A DNA stretch of 64,000 nt from an uncultured Actinomycetota bacterium (GCA_963730415.1 CAVSSC010000018.1:28273-92272), one strand, 5' to 3'. Positions 11,405 to 21,858 are shown, counted from the first letter of the stretch. The notes: a model not told the origin generated them from the letters alone. A program made the numbers and translations.

Positions 11405-14251
11405 GTGGTAGACGGTGCACCATCTGCAGACCCATCCGAAGAGCCGACCCGGCACGAGGAATTGCCGGATCGCCTAAGAGTCCATTCGCTGGCACGAACG
11501 CTGGGGACCACCAGCAAGCGCGTGCTGGACGCGCTGAGCGCACTCGATGGACGAATCCGCAGCGCACATTCCACTGTGGACCGTGATGACGCGCTGCGGG
11601 TACGCGATCTGCTAGCTGGCGCTCAGCCCCTAAAAAGCACTGAAAACACAGACAGCAGCGCGGCTGAAGCGGACGAACCCGAATCCCGCCTGATGCTGGA
11701 GACCGCGATCGAGCGGCCGCATTACATGCCATTGTTCGTCGCGCCGCAGCCGATAAAGACCGACGATGACGACGGTAGCGGCGACGACGATATCGACTCC
11801 GATGATTCCGACACCGACGACGAAGACCAGACCGATCGCCCGGCCAACCGGCGGCGACGTCGCGGCCGTCGAGGTCGTGGCCGCGGACGCGGTGAACAGG
11901 GCGGATCCGACGGCCAAACGGAGGAGGCCGATGACGACGAGGAGGCTCAACACCGGGCCCAAAAACCGGCCCAACCGGACTCCTCGGAATCTGAGGACGC
12001 CGACGGCCAAGACTCCGATGACTCTGACACCGGTGACGACGGTTCGGCGGAGGGGGGCAGTCGCCGCCGCCGCAGGCGCCGGCGCCGCAAATCGGGATCG
12101 GGTGACGACAACGACGAGGGTCCAGCGCCCGACGACCCGCCCAACACGGTGGTGCACCAGCGGGCGCCACGCAACGGCAAGAACGGTGCCGCCGACGATG
12201 CTGAGAACGGCGCATCGAGCGCCGAGATCAAGGGCATCGACGGCTCGACTCGACTGGAGGCCAAGCGGCAACGGCGCCGAGACGGACGCGATGCCGGACG
12301 GCGCCGCCTACCGGTACTGACCGAGGCAGAGTTCCTGGCGCGCCGTGAGGCCGTCGAACGGGTCATGGTCGTGCGCGACAGGGTCCGCACCGAGCCACCG
12401 CATCAGGGCTCGCGGTATACCCAGATCGCGGTGCTTGAAGACGGCATCGTCGTTGAGCACTTCGTGACGTCGGCCGCCTCGGCTTCCCTGGTGGGCAACA
12501 TCTACCTCGGGATCGTGCAGAACGTACTGCCCTCGATGGAGGCGGCTTTCGTCGACATCGGTCGCGGCCGCAACGGCGTGCTCTACGCCGGAGAAGTCAA
12601 CTGGGAAGCCGCGGGACTAGGCGGGTCTGACCGCAAGATCGAACAGGCGCTCAAACCCGGCGACTATATCGTGGTCCAGGTCAGCAAGGACCCGGTCGGG
12701 CACAAGGGCGCACGGCTCACTACGCAGGTGTCACTGGCGGGTCGGTACCTGGTTTATGTGCCGGGCGCGTCGTCGACCGGGATCAGCCGCAAGCTGCCCG
12801 ACACCGAACGCCAACGGCTCAAAGAGATCCTGCGCGAAGTGGTGCCGTCCGAAGCCGGGGTGATCATCCGCACTGCGTCCGAGGGTGTCAAAGAGGACGA
12901 CATCCGCAGCGACGTGACCCGTCTGCAGGAGCGCTGGAAACAAATTGAGGCCAAGGCAACCGAGATCAAGGAGAAGGCTGCTGGCGCTGCGGTAGCGCTC
13001 TACGAAGAGCCGGACGTGTTGGTCAAGGTCATTCGTGACTTGTTCAACGAGGACTTCGCTGGCCTCGTCGTCTCCGGCGACGAGGCTTGGAACACAATCA
13101 CCGAGTACGTGAATTCTGTTGCTCCCGAACTAGTTTCCAAGCTGACAAAGTACGAGCCCGCCACGGGGCCGGAGGGGAATGCCGGACCGGATGTGTTCGC
13201 GGTGCATCGCATCGACGAGCAACTCGCCAAAGCGATGGACCGCAAGGTGTGGCTGCCGTCGGGCGGCACGCTGGTGATTGACCGGACCGAGGCCATGACG
13301 GTGGTCGACGTCAACACCGGCAAGTTCACCGGGTCCGGGGGCAACCTCGAACAGACGGTCACGAAGAACAACCTGGAGGCGGCCGAGGAGATCGTCCGCC
13401 AACTGCGACTGCGCGACATCGGCGGCATCGTGGTCATCGACTTCATCGATATGGTGCTGGAGTCCAACCGCGATTTGGTGTTGCGTCGGCTGACCGAGGC
13501 GCTGGCCCGCGACCGCACCCGCCATCAGGTGTCCGAGGTCACTTCGCTGGGCTTGATTCAACTGACCCGCAAGCGGTTGGGAACCGGGCTGATCGAGGCG
13601 TTCTCGACATCGTGTCCGAACTGCGGCGGTCGCGGGATCCTGCTGCACACCGATCCGGTGGATTCGGCTCCGTCGAACGGGCGCAAGTCCGAGTCCGGTG
13701 GTCGCCGGGGCAGGCGATCTAAGAAGAGCCGAGCCGAAGAGCCAGTGGTGGCCAAGGTGCCCGCGCATGCTCCCGGCGAGCACCCGATGTTCAAGGCGAT
13801 GGCCGCCGGCTCGTCGGGGCAGGCTGCCCACAGTGACGAAGAATCCGGCGAGTCCGCCGAGGAAGCCGCCGGCGAGCTCGACGAGCAGAAGCAAGTGAGT
13901 GCTGCCGACTTGGAGGACACCGACCGGGAGGACTTCGAGGACTCCGACGAAGACACTGAAGAAGACGAAGACACTGAAGAAGACGAAGACGCTGAGGACG
14001 ACGACGACACTGAGGACGACGAAGACGAGCTCGACGACGAGGACCTCGACGACGAGGAAGACCTTGGTGACGATGACGAGGATCTCGAGCTGGATGACGA
14101 CGATCTGGACGTCGAGGATTCCGACTCCGAGCCCGACGACTCCGACGCCGACACCGCGGAGAGCTCCGTCAACGTCGGGTCGCCGTTCGGACGGCCGCGT
14201 CGGCGGCGCGCGGCGGGCAGGCCGGCCGGTCCGCCGATCCACACGGACTGA
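11405..14251 (+). CDS. rne: ribonuclease E
   Basis: 948 aa. It has a central S1/RNase E/G catalytic core (GNIYLGIVQNVLPSMEAAFVDIG..., VVIDFIDM) and a Zn-link CPNCGGRG. Arg-rich and highly acidic low-complexity N- and C-terminal arms flank the core. Confidence 0.95.
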   Translation: MVDGAPSADPSEEPTRHEELPDRLRVHSLARTLGTTSKRVLDALSALDGRIRSAHSTVDRDDALRVRDLLAGAQPLKSTENTDSSAAEADEPESRLMLETAIERPHYMPLFVAPQPIKTDDDDGSGDDDIDSDDSDTDDEDQTDRPANRRRRRGRRGRGRGRGEQGGSDGQTEEADDDEEAQHRAQKPAQPDSSESEDADGQDSDDSDTGDDGSAEGGSRRRRRRRRRKSGSGDDNDEGPAPDDPPNTVVHQRAPRNGKNGAADDAENGASSAEIKGIDGSTRLEAKRQRRRDGRDAGRRRLPVLTEAEFLARREAVERVMVVRDRVRTEPPHQGSRYTQIAVLEDGIVVEHFVTSAASASLVGNIYLGIVQNVLPSMEAAFVDIGRGRNGVLYAGEVNWEAAGLGGSDRKIEQALKPGDYIVVQVSKDPVGHKGARLTTQVSLAGRYLVYVPGASSTGISRKLPDTERQRLKEILREVVPSEAGVIIRTASEGVKEDDIRSDVTRLQERWKQIEAKATEIKEKAAGAAVALYEEPDVLVKVIRDLFNEDFAGLVVSGDEAWNTITEYVNSVAPELVSKLTKYEPATGPEGNAGPDVFAVHRIDEQLAKAMDRKVWLPSGGTLVIDRTEAMTVVDVNTGKFTGSGGNLEQTVTKNNLEAAEEIVRQLRLRDIGGIVVIDFIDMVLESNRDLVLRRLTEALARDRTRHQVSEVTSLGLIQLTRKRLGTGLIEAFSTSCPNCGGRGILLHTDPVDSAPSNGRKSESGGRRGRRSKKSRAEEPVVAKVPAHAPGEHPMFKAMAAGSSGQAAHSDEESGESAEEAAGELDEQKQVSAADLEDTDREDFEDSDEDTEEDEDTEEDEDAEDDDDTEDDEDELDDEDLDDEEDLGDDDEDLELDDDDLDVEDSDSEPDDSDADTAESSVNVGSPFGRPRRRRAAGRPAGPPIHTD
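13949..14026 (+). repeat. 18-nt in-frame tandem repeat (DTEEDE-type) in the acidic tail of rne
   Basis: gaagacactgaagaagac occurs twice in tandem (13949, 13967), followed by two diverged copies. Confidence 0.85.
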
Positions 14252-14504
14252 ACTGCACCACTGTGGACCAGCGGTCGCGGCCGGTTTGACCCTGTAGCCG
14301 CTGGTCACGTACCCTTGGACAGTTGTCGCCAGGCCAGGCGAGTAGACTGACCCGGCGACGATGCGGGCCGGTAGCGGCCCGGGACTCCCGGGCCATCGGC
14401 GCGGATCCGCGTCCCAGACCCACCACGCACACCGGCCGGTGGCGCGCGCGTGAAGCGCCGAGCAAGCGGCTGAGCAGAGGCTAGAAGAGAAGGCAGGAGC
14501 AACG

Positions 14505-14816
14505 ATGGCGACCTACGCAATCGTCAAGACGGGCGGCAAGCAGTACAAGGTCGCCGTCGGAGACGTGGTCAAGGTCGAGAAGCTTGACTCCGAGCCGGGT
14601 TCGAACGTGTCACTGCCGGTCACCCTGGTAGTAGACGGTGCGAAGGTGACCACCGATGCCGCCGCGCTGGTCAAGGTGGCAGTGACCGGCGAGGTGCTCG
14701 AGCACACCAAGGGCCCCAAGATCCGTATCCACAAATTCAAGAACAAGACCGGCTACCACAAGCGTCAGGGACACCGTCAGCAGCTGACGGTCCTGAAGGT
14801 CACCGGTATCGCGTGA
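14505..14816 (+). CDS. rplU: 50S ribosomal protein L21
   Basis: 103 aa: [16 protein letters not shown]... Confidence 0.97.
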   Translation: MATYAIVKTGGKQYKVAVGDVVKVEKLDSEPGSNVSLPVTLVVDGAKVTTDAAALVKVAVTGEVLEHTKGPKIRIHKFKNKTGYHKRQGHRQQLTVLKVTGIA

Positions 14817-14863
14817 TGAGCCGTCAGGCGAAGAACAGACAATACTGAGCGGAGTCCATAAAC

Positions 14864-15130
14864 ATGGCACACAAGAAGGGCGCTTCCAGCTCGCGCAACG
14901 GTCGCGATTCCAACGCTCAGCGGCTGGGCGTCAAGCGGTTCGGCGGCCAGATCGTCAAGGCCGGTGAAATCCTCGTCCGGCAGCGCGGCACCAAATTCCA
15001 TCCTGGCGCGGGCGTCGGGCGCGGAGGCGACGACACGTTGTTCGCCACGGAAGCCGGAGCCGTCGAGTTCGGGGTCAAGCGCGGACGCAAGACCGTCAGC
15101 ATCGTCGCGGCCGGACAGACTACCGACTGA
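14864..15130 (+). CDS. rpmA: 50S ribosomal protein L27
   Basis: 88 aa: [29 protein letters not shown]... Confidence 0.97.
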   Translation: MAHKKGASSSRNGRDSNAQRLGVKRFGGQIVKAGEILVRQRGTKFHPGAGVGRGGDDTLFATEAGAVEFGVKRGRKTVSIVAAGQTTD

Positions 15131-15250
15131 AGTTCTTTTCCCGGGCACCCAGCCCGGCTGCATCGGCGCCCGGCGGTAATTTGATTGCCTGGCTCCTCAG
15201 CTGGCCGTTCCGGCCCGCTTCGTCGCCAGGCGAAGGTGAGAGGACCCTCG

Positions 15251-16699
15251 ATGCCTCGGTTTGTCGATCGCGTCGTCATCCACGCGCGCGCGGGTTCCGG
15301 CGGTAACGGCTGCGCGTCGGTTCATCGCGAGAAATTCAAGCCGCTGGGCGGCCCCGACGGCGGCAATGGTGGTCGCGGCGGCAGCATCATCTTCGTCGTC
15401 GACCCTCAGGTCCACACCTTGCTGGACTTCCACTTCCATCCACACATCACCGCGCCGTCCGGCAAACAGGGGATGGGCAACAACCGCGACGGCGCCGCCG
15501 GCGCGGACCGAGAAGTGAAGGTCCCCGACGGCACCGTCGTACTGGACGAAAACCGCCGGCTGCTGGCTGACCTGGTGGGCGCGGGCACCCGCTTTGAGGC
15601 CGCCGCCGGTGGCCGCGGTGGCCTGGGCAACGCAGCGCTCGCATCGCGCGCCCGCAAGGCCCCCGGCTTCGCCCTGCTCGGTGAGCAGGGCGAGTCCCGG
15701 GACCTCACGCTAGAGCTCAAGACCGTCGCCGACGTAGGCCTGATCGGGTTTCCCTCGGCTGGGAAATCCTCACTGGTGTCTGCGATCTCAGCGGCCAAAC
15801 CGAAGATTGCCGACTACCCGTTCACCACGCTGGTTCCCAACCTCGGTGTGGTGTCGGCGGGCGAGCACACCTTTACCGTCGCCGATGTGCCGGGTCTTAT
15901 CCCGGGCGCATCCCAGGGCCGGGGCCTGGGCCTGGATTTCCTTCGGCACATCGAGCGGTGCGCCGTGCTGGTGCATGTCGTCGACTGCGCCACCACGGAA
16001 CCGGGCCGTGACCCCATCTCCGACATCGATGCGCTGGAAGCCGAACTCGCCGCGTATACCCCCACCCTGCAAGGGGATACGACTTTGGGGGACCTCGCCG
16101 AGCGGCCCCGGGCGGTGGTGCTCAACAAGATCGACGTGCCCGAGGCGCGTGAGCTCGCCGAATTCGTCCGTGACGACATCGCTGACCGTGGCTGGCCGGT
16201 GTTCTGCGTGTCAACCGTCACGCGGGAAAACCTGCAGCCGTTGGTGTTTGGGTTGTGGGAAATGATCTCGGCCTACAACGCCGCGCGGCCGCAAAGCGTG
16301 CCGCGGCGGCCGGTGATCCGTCCGGTGCCCGTGGACGACAGCGGCTTCACCGTCGAGCCAGATCCTCAGCAGCCGGGCGGTTTCGTCGTCAGCGGCGCGC
16401 GCCCCGAACGCTGGGTGCGCCAAACCAACTTCGACAACGACGAAGCCGTGGGATATCTGGCCGACCGCTTGGCGCGTCTCGGTGTCGAAGACGAACTGTT
16501 GCGGTTGGGGGCGCAACCCGGGTGCGCAGTGACCATCGGGGATGTCACGTTCGACTGGGAGCCGCAAACGCCTGCCGGACAACAGGTTGCGATGTCGGGC
16601 CGGGGGACTGATGCACGGCTGGAGCGCAGCGAGCGCGTCGGCGCCGCCGAGCGCAAGGCCGCCCGACGTCAGCGCCGCGAACGCGGTGACGACTCGTGA
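15251..16699 (+). CDS. obg: GTPase Obg/CgtA
   Basis: True start is ATG 15251 ([23 protein letters not shown]...), preceded by gaaggtgagagga. G1 motif GFPSAGKSS and G3 motif DVPGLI are present. Confidence 0.95.
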   Translation: MPRFVDRVVIHARAGSGGNGCASVHREKFKPLGGPDGGNGGRGGSIIFVVDPQVHTLLDFHFHPHITAPSGKQGMGNNRDGAAGADREVKVPDGTVVLDENRRLLADLVGAGTRFEAAAGGRGGLGNAALASRARKAPGFALLGEQGESRDLTLELKTVADVGLIGFPSAGKSSLVSAISAAKPKIADYPFTTLVPNLGVVSAGEHTFTVADVPGLIPGASQGRGLGLDFLRHIERCAVLVHVVDCATTEPGRDPISDIDALEAELAAYTPTLQGDTTLGDLAERPRAVVLNKIDVPEARELAEFVRDDIADRGWPVFCVSTVTRENLQPLVFGLWEMISAYNAARPQSVPRRPVIRPVPVDDSGFTVEPDPQQPGGFVVSGARPERWVRQTNFDNDEAVGYLADRLARLGVEDELLRLGAQPGCAVTIGDVTFDWEPQTPAGQQVAMSGRGTDARLERSERVGAAERKAARRQRRERGDDS

Positions 16700-17814
16700 C
16701 CGAACATCGCGACGCCATCCGAACCGCCCGCAGTCTGGTGGTCAAAGTCGGGACCAACGCCCTGACCACACCGTCCGGGGTGTTCGACGCCGGTCGGCTG
16801 GCCGGACTCGCCGACGCGATAGAAGCGCGGATGAAGGCGGGCACCGACATCGTCATTGTGTCTTCGGGCGCCATCGCTGCCGGCATCGAGCCGCTCGGAT
16901 TGTCCCGTCGCCCAAAAGATCTGGCGACCAAGCAGGCCGCGGCCAGTGTTGGGCAGGTCGCACTGTTGAACTCGTGGAGTGCGGCGTTCGCCCGGTACGG
17001 CCGCACGGTCGGGCAGGTGCTGCTGAGCGCGCACGATATCTCGATGCGGGCTCAGCACACGAACGCCCAGCGCACCCTGGACCGGCTGCGCGCGTTGCAT
17101 GCGGTGGCGATCGTCAACGAAAACGATACGGTGGCCACCAACGAGATCCGGTTCGGCGACAACGATCGCCTTTCGGCGCTGGTGGCTCAGCTCGTCGGCG
17201 CCGAGGCTCTGGTGCTGCTTTCCGACATCGACGGGCTCTACGACTCCGATCCCCGAAAAACAAAGGGGGCGCGGTTTATTCCTGAGGTGTCCGGCTCGGC
17301 GGACCTGGACAGTGTGATCGCCGGCCCGGGCAGCGACTTGGGTACCGGTGGAATGGCGTCGAAGATGTCGTCAGCGCTGCTGGCCGCTGACGCCGGGGTC
17401 CCCGTGTTGCTGGCCGCGGCGGCCGACGCCGCGACCGCGCTCACCGACGCCTCAGCCGGCACGGTGTTTGCCGCGCGGCCCCATCGGATGTCGTCCCGGC
17501 GGTTCTGGGTGCGTTATGCCGCTGAGTCGACTGGCTCGCTGACGCTTGACGAGGGTGCGGTGCGTGCGGTGGTGCGGCAGCGCCGCTCGCTGCTGGCCGC
17601 GGGTATCACCGCGGTGTCTGGGCGGTTCTACGGTGGAGACGTCGTGGAGTTGCGCGGACCGGACTCGACGGTGGTGGCCCGTGGTGTGGTCGCTTACGAC
17701 GCGGCCGAGCTTGCCACCATGATGGGCCGGTCCACCTCCGAGCTGCCCGGTGAGCTGCGCCGGCCCGCGGTGCACGCCGACGACCTGGTTGCGGTGTCAC
17801 CGTTGTCCACTTAA
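16696..17814 (+). CDS. proB: glutamate 5-kinase
   Basis: 372 aa with an amino-acid kinase domain plus a C-terminal PUA domain. GTGA overlap with the obg stop. Confidence 0.93.
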   Translation: MTEHRDAIRTARSLVVKVGTNALTTPSGVFDAGRLAGLADAIEARMKAGTDIVIVSSGAIAAGIEPLGLSRRPKDLATKQAAASVGQVALLNSWSAAFARYGRTVGQVLLSAHDISMRAQHTNAQRTLDRLRALHAVAIVNENDTVATNEIRFGDNDRLSALVAQLVGAEALVLLSDIDGLYDSDPRKTKGARFIPEVSGSADLDSVIAGPGSDLGTGGMASKMSSALLAADAGVPVLLAAAADAATALTDASAGTVFAARPHRMSSRRFWVRYAAESTGSLTLDEGAVRAVVRQRRSLLAAGITAVSGRFYGGDVVELRGPDSTVVARGVVAYDAAELATMMGRSTSELPGELRRPAVHADDLVAVSPLST

Positions 17815-17838
17815 ATCCGAACGGGCCGCCCTGAGGGG

Positions 17839-18258
17839 CTAACTAAAAGGGTTGCTGTTGGCCTGCCACTCGGCCGATTCGGGGCGCGGTCCGTAACGGC
17901 GGATGTAGTCCTCGTGCATCGCCGCTTGTTTTTCGTTTTTGATCACATCGACCAGGTTCGGGTCGAGGCCATGCTGCGCCAGCCGGTGTCGACGCCAGAC
18001 CTTGTTCAACGCAAGCGAGACCAGCAGGGCCCAGATGTAGAGCGGCACCGTCATCTCTGTATGCATATACAGCGATGCGGGCAGCAGCCAGAACGGTGCG
18101 AGAACGAACAGTGGTGGTATTGCCCAACGGATCATGTGCCGGCGCACGGCTCCTTTGCCCGCTAGATCGTTGGCGACCCAGCTGCGCATCGAGCTGGGTA
18201 GGCATCGACCGTACGAGTAGCCGATGTACTGCCAAAGGTTGGGTTTGGTGCTGGTCAT
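17839..18258 (-). CDS. small membrane protein of unknown function (two predicted TM helices; possibly DUF5313-type)
   Basis: 139 aa. Two hydrophobic segments (WAIPPLFVLAPFWLLPASLY, VPLYIWALLVSLAL). It lies 24 nt downstream of the MarR gene on the same strand. Confidence 0.6.
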   Translation of the reverse strand: MTSTKPNLWQYIGYSYGRCLPSSMRSWVANDLAGKGAVRRHMIRWAIPPLFVLAPFWLLPASLYMHTEMTVPLYIWALLVSLALNKVWRRHRLAQHGLDPNLVDVIKNEKQAAMHEDYIRRYGPRPESAEWQANSNPFS

Positions 18259-18282
18259 GGTGGCTCCTATCGGCGGGCGGTC

Positions 18283-18774
18283 TCAGGACTGCAATGTGCT
18301 GGCTGCCAGGGCGGCCGAGTTTATCCGGGTCAGCACCTGATGCAAGTGCTGAAGTTCGCCCATGTCGACGCCCAGACGTGCGACAACGGCGGGCGGAATC
18401 TTCAGCGCACGCCGACGTAAGGCGGTGCCGCTGTCGGTGAGTTTGACGTCGGTGGAGCGCTCGTCGACGGCGTTTCGGGTACGAGTGATCAGGCCGAGCG
18501 CCTCCAAGCGCTTGAGCATGGGCGACAGCGTGGCCGAATCCATCTGCAACGTGGCCGCAATCTCCTTGACCGACAGCGGTTTCTGCTGCCCCGATGATGC
18601 CTTCTGGTGATCCCAGAGCGTCAGCATCACTAGATACTGCGGATGGGTCAGCCCCAACGGCTCCAATAACGGCCGGTACACCGCCAAAACGGCGCGGTTG
18701 GTGATGCTCAGCGCGAAACAGACCTGCTGTTCGAGGGCAAGCGGGTCGATCTCCGGTGCGGTCAGCGCGGTCAT
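18283..18774 (-). CDS. MarR-family transcriptional regulator, OhrR-like
   Basis: 163 aa with a winged HTH. The N-terminal LEQQVCFAL resembles the redox-sensing Cys motif of OhrR regulators. Confidence 0.75.
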   Translation of the reverse strand: MTALTAPEIDPLALEQQVCFALSITNRAVLAVYRPLLEPLGLTHPQYLVMLTLWDHQKASSGQQKPLSVKEIAATLQMDSATLSPMLKRLEALGLITRTRNAVDERSTDVKLTDSGTALRRRALKIPPAVVARLGVDMGELQHLHQVLTRINSAALAASTLQS

Positions 18775-18791
18775 ATTTGTACCGTACGCTA

Positions 18792-18811
18792 ATAGATAGC
18801 ACGCTAACTAT
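18792..18811. promoter_or_regulatory. candidate MarR operator (imperfect 20-nt palindrome)
   Basis: atagatagcacgctaactat has 16 of 20 self-complementary positions. It lies 18 nt upstream of the MarR start. Confidence 0.3.
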
Positions 18812-18981
18812 GTTGTTCTCGTCACAGGGAACGTCATGGCAGGCCGCGACGAGGTTGCGTCCCGCACAGCAGCGCCTCTCTTGGTCAAGTCGGCCCCGAT
18901 TCCTGCTCGTAGGGAGTCCGGAAAATAACTGGCCCGACGTGCTTGCCAAATTCTCGTGGCGGCCGGCGACCTCGCTGCGCA

Positions 18982-19626
18982 TCAGCGCACCGAAGCGGCC
19001 TTGAGATACAGTGCGCCCCAGACGATTTCAGCCAGCGTCGCAGCCAGCTCCGTGTCGTAATCGGGTGGCTTTGCCGGTAGGTTCTGCTGGCAAGCCCGCT
19101 CGACCATCCAGGTCAGCGCACTGGCAGTGGTGGTCGCAGGCAGCTCAGGGCGGATGGAGCCGTCGGCCTGGCCGTCTTCGATGACACGGGTTAATCGCTG
19201 CGAGATAGCGGTCAGCAATTCGCGATAGGTCTGCGCCGTCAGTGGGTCGTAAGCGGCCATCTCGTTGAGAGCGACGAGCACCGGTTGATGACGCCGATAG
19301 CTTTCGATGACGCCCGCCATCGCGGCGCGAACATCATCTGGATTGTGTCGCCAGGCCACACTCCACCAGCGTTCGGCGCCGGTGGCGAGATCGCCGAATA
19401 CCTGGCCGGCGAGCCGGCGAAGCAGATGGCCCTTGTCTTCGAAGTAGATGTAAAAGCTGGCCCGCGAAATACCCGCCTCGGTTGACAGCCGATCCACGCT
19501 GAGCTCGGTGAAGCTGGTGCCGTCGCGCATCAGCCGTTCGGTGGCGTCCAGCAGCCGGCGCTCCATCTGCTCTCGCCGCTGCTCGCGATTGGCGTGCGGC
19601 TTGCGGGTAACCGACGGCATTTGCAA
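18982..19626 (-). CDS. TetR/AcrR-family transcriptional regulator
   Basis: 214 aa. N-terminal HTH region FTELSVDRLSTEAGISRASFYIYFEDK. Confidence 0.88.
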   Translation of the reverse strand: MQMPSVTRKPHANREQRREQMERRLLDATERLMRDGTSFTELSVDRLSTEAGISRASFYIYFEDKGHLLRRLAGQVFGDLATGAERWWSVAWRHNPDDVRAAMAGVIESYRRHQPVLVALNEMAAYDPLTAQTYRELLTAISQRLTRVIEDGQADGSIRPELPATTTASALTWMVERACQQNLPAKPPDYDTELAATLAEIVWGALYLKAASVR

Positions 19627-19653
19627 AGCATAGCTGTACTTTGAACATATTGA

Positions 19654-19670
19654 CTAGACACTATGTCTAG
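19654..19670. promoter_or_regulatory. candidate TetR operator CTAGACA-cta-TGTCTAG
   Basis: Perfect 7-bp inverted arms in the 100-nt divergent TetR/P450 intergenic region. Confidence 0.45.
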
Positions 19671-19726
19671 GCATATCGTCACTTCCAGTCTGTGACGGGG
19701 GTCATAGGTGAGGGAGGATTGCCGGC

Positions 19727-20995
19727 ATGACAACGATGGCAGGAACGTCTGGCAGTAGCCGCGCCTACGACGCAATCGATCTGTCCTCGCGGGCGTTCTG
19801 GTCCACGACCGCGGCGGAGCGGGAACGCTCGTTCGCGGTGCTGCGGGCCGAGCGCCCGGTGAGCTGGCATCCTCCGGTCGAAGACGCCCTGATGCACGAC
19901 CCCGAGGACCGCGGCTATTGGGCGATCACCCGGCGCTCCGACATCGTCACGGTCAGCCGCGCCAACGAGGTGTTCCTGTCCGGCAAGGGGGTGATTTTCG
20001 AGAACGTTCCCGAGGAACTACTCGAAGCGTCGCAGTCCTTCCTGGCGATGGATCCACCGCGACATACCAAGCTCCGCAAGCTCGTCAGCGCCGCGTTCAC
20101 CCCGCGGCAGGTCCGCCGCATCGAGGACTCGATCAAGTCGAACGCCAAGGCCATCGTCGAAGAGCTACAGGACGCCGGCAGCGGTGCCGATTTCGTCGAG
20201 CACTGCGCTAAGCAACTGCCCATCCGGACGCTGTCGGACATGGTGGGGATTCCGGAGTCCGAACGCGAGCACGTGGCGCACGCCGCCGATGCGCTGGTGT
20301 CGTGGGCCGACCCGATTTACCTCGACGGTCGCAGCCCGCTGGAGGTCTTGGTCGAGAACCAGATGTATCTGCACCAAGTTGCCGGCACGTTGGCCGCCGA
20401 GCGCCGCGAGCGCCCCGGCGACGACCTGTTCAGCGGTCTGGTGAACGCCGAGGTCGATGGCGACCGGCTAGCCGATGCGGATGTGGCAGCGTTCTTTGTG
20501 TTGCTTTCCGTGGCCGCCAACGACACCACGCGTCAGACCACCAGCCACGCGATGAAGGCCCTCACCGACTTTCCCGACCGGAGGGCATGGCTTCTCGAGG
20601 ATTTCGACCAACGCATCGGCACGGCGGTCGAGGAGCTCATCCGTTGGGCCTCGCCGGTTATGACTTTCCGTCGCACGGCCGCAACAGATTTCGAGCTAGG
20701 CGGCCAGCGGATTCTGGCGGGGGAAAAGGTGGTGATGTTTTATCCGTCCGGCAACTGGGATACCGAGGTGTTCGACTATCCCGAGCGCTTCGACCTGAGC
20801 CGGGATCCCAACCCCCACGTCAGCTTCGGTGGTGGCGGCGTGCACTTTTGCCTTGGTGCCCACGTGGCCCGGGCGCAACTACGCGCCATCTTCGGCGAGC
20901 TGCTCCGGCAGCTACCGGATATCCAGGCAGGTGAACCCGCATACGTGCCGGGCAATTTCATCCACGCCATCCGCAGCATGCCCTGCACCTTCTAG
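19727..20995 (+). CDS. cytochrome P450 monooxygenase
   Basis: 422 aa. Heme-thiolate loop FGGGGVHFCLGAHVA, ExxR motif (EELIRW) and I-helix region AANDTT. Confidence 0.92.
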   Translation: MTTMAGTSGSSRAYDAIDLSSRAFWSTTAAERERSFAVLRAERPVSWHPPVEDALMHDPEDRGYWAITRRSDIVTVSRANEVFLSGKGVIFENVPEELLEASQSFLAMDPPRHTKLRKLVSAAFTPRQVRRIEDSIKSNAKAIVEELQDAGSGADFVEHCAKQLPIRTLSDMVGIPESEREHVAHAADALVSWADPIYLDGRSPLEVLVENQMYLHQVAGTLAAERRERPGDDLFSGLVNAEVDGDRLADADVAAFFVLLSVAANDTTRQTTSHAMKALTDFPDRRAWLLEDFDQRIGTAVEELIRWASPVMTFRRTAATDFELGGQRILAGEKVVMFYPSGNWDTEVFDYPERFDLSRDPNPHVSFGGGGVHFCLGAHVARAQLRAIFGELLRQLPDIQAGEPAYVPGNFIHAIRSMPCTF

Positions 20996-21840
20996 TGCAG
21001 GGATATCGGCAGCAGCTCTTCGCTGAGCAGCACCAGCAATTCGGAGCAGCCGCCGTCGACCTTCACGGTGGCCAGGTCATCGCCGCGGGTGCTGCCGCGG
21101 TTGACGATAGCTATCGGGACGCCCAGCGCGGCGGCGTGACGCACGAATCGGTAGCCGGAGAACACGGTCAGCGACGAGCCCGCGACCAGCAGTGCCTCGG
21201 CCTGGTCGACCAGTGAATAGGCTTCTGCTACAAGCTCTTTGGGCACGTTTTCGCCGAAGTAGACGATGTCTGGCTTGAGCATGCCCCCGCAGCACGGACA
21301 GTCGAGATAGCGGAACGACGTGGTATCGGCGACGACTGCGTCGGCGTCAGGAGCTACCGCCAACCCGCCCACAGCTTCGGCGCGCTCGATGAATCCCGGG
21401 TTGAGTGCTTCCAGCTGTTTGGCCAATGCGGCGCGGCTCATGGTGTAGCCGCAGCTCAGGCAGATCACTTGCGCATAGGTGCCGTGCAGATTGACGACGT
21501 TTGCACTGCCGGCCTTGGTGTGCAGCAGGTCGACGTTCTGGGTGATCACGCCGGTCACCACCGAAGCATGCTCGAGTGCGGCCAATGCCCGGTGGCCGGC
21601 GTTGGGCAGGGTGTCGTCCATGTGCCGCCAGCCGACGTGGTTGCGCGCCCAGTACCGCTGCCGGAACACCGGGTCCGAGGTGAACTGGCGGATGGTCATG
21701 GGGTTGCTCGGCGGTGATTCAGGCCCCCGGTAGTCGGGAATGCCCGAGTCGGTGGAAATCCCCGCACCCGTCAGCACCGCGATCCGGCGACCGGCCAGCA
21801 GCGCGACCAGCTCCGGCGATTCTGCGCAGCGGGCGGTCAC
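20992..21840 (-). CDS. NAD-dependent protein deacylase (Sir2/sirtuin family)
   Basis: 282 aa. GAGISTDSGIPDYRGP and QNVDLLH motifs. Zn-ribbon cysteines CLSCG...CPCCGG. Confidence 0.9.
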   Translation of the reverse strand: MTARCAESPELVALLAGRRIAVLTGAGISTDSGIPDYRGPESPPSNPMTIRQFTSDPVFRQRYWARNHVGWRHMDDTLPNAGHRALAALEHASVVTGVITQNVDLLHTKAGSANVVNLHGTYAQVICLSCGYTMSRAALAKQLEALNPGFIERAEAVGGLAVAPDADAVVADTTSFRYLDCPCCGGMLKPDIVYFGENVPKELVAEAYSLVDQAEALLVAGSSLTVFSGYRFVRHAAALGVPIAIVNRGSTRGDDLATVKVDGGCSELLVLLSEELLPISLH

Positions 21841-21858
21841 CTCATCAAGGGTACGGGC

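Noticed and set aside
13949-14026. Tandem repeats here and at 59343-59374 as possible CRISPR-like or minisatellite arrays
   Set aside because: The repeat units are 18 nt and 8 nt, contiguous without spacers. The first is in-frame coding within rne. Neither has CRISPR architecture, and no cas genes are present.
13130-14308. 392-aa and 228-aa - strand ORFs over the 3' half of rne
   Set aside because: They mirror the acidic repeat region, giving poly-Ser/Val low complexity. rne coding on the + strand explains the sequence.
14252-14504. Ribosomal-protein leader upstream of rplU
   Set aside because: It is a 250-nt spacer, but the known L21 leader is a Firmicutes motif and I see no convincing conserved structure. 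The only element is the stem-loop at 14266-14306, which is more simply an rne 3' structure.
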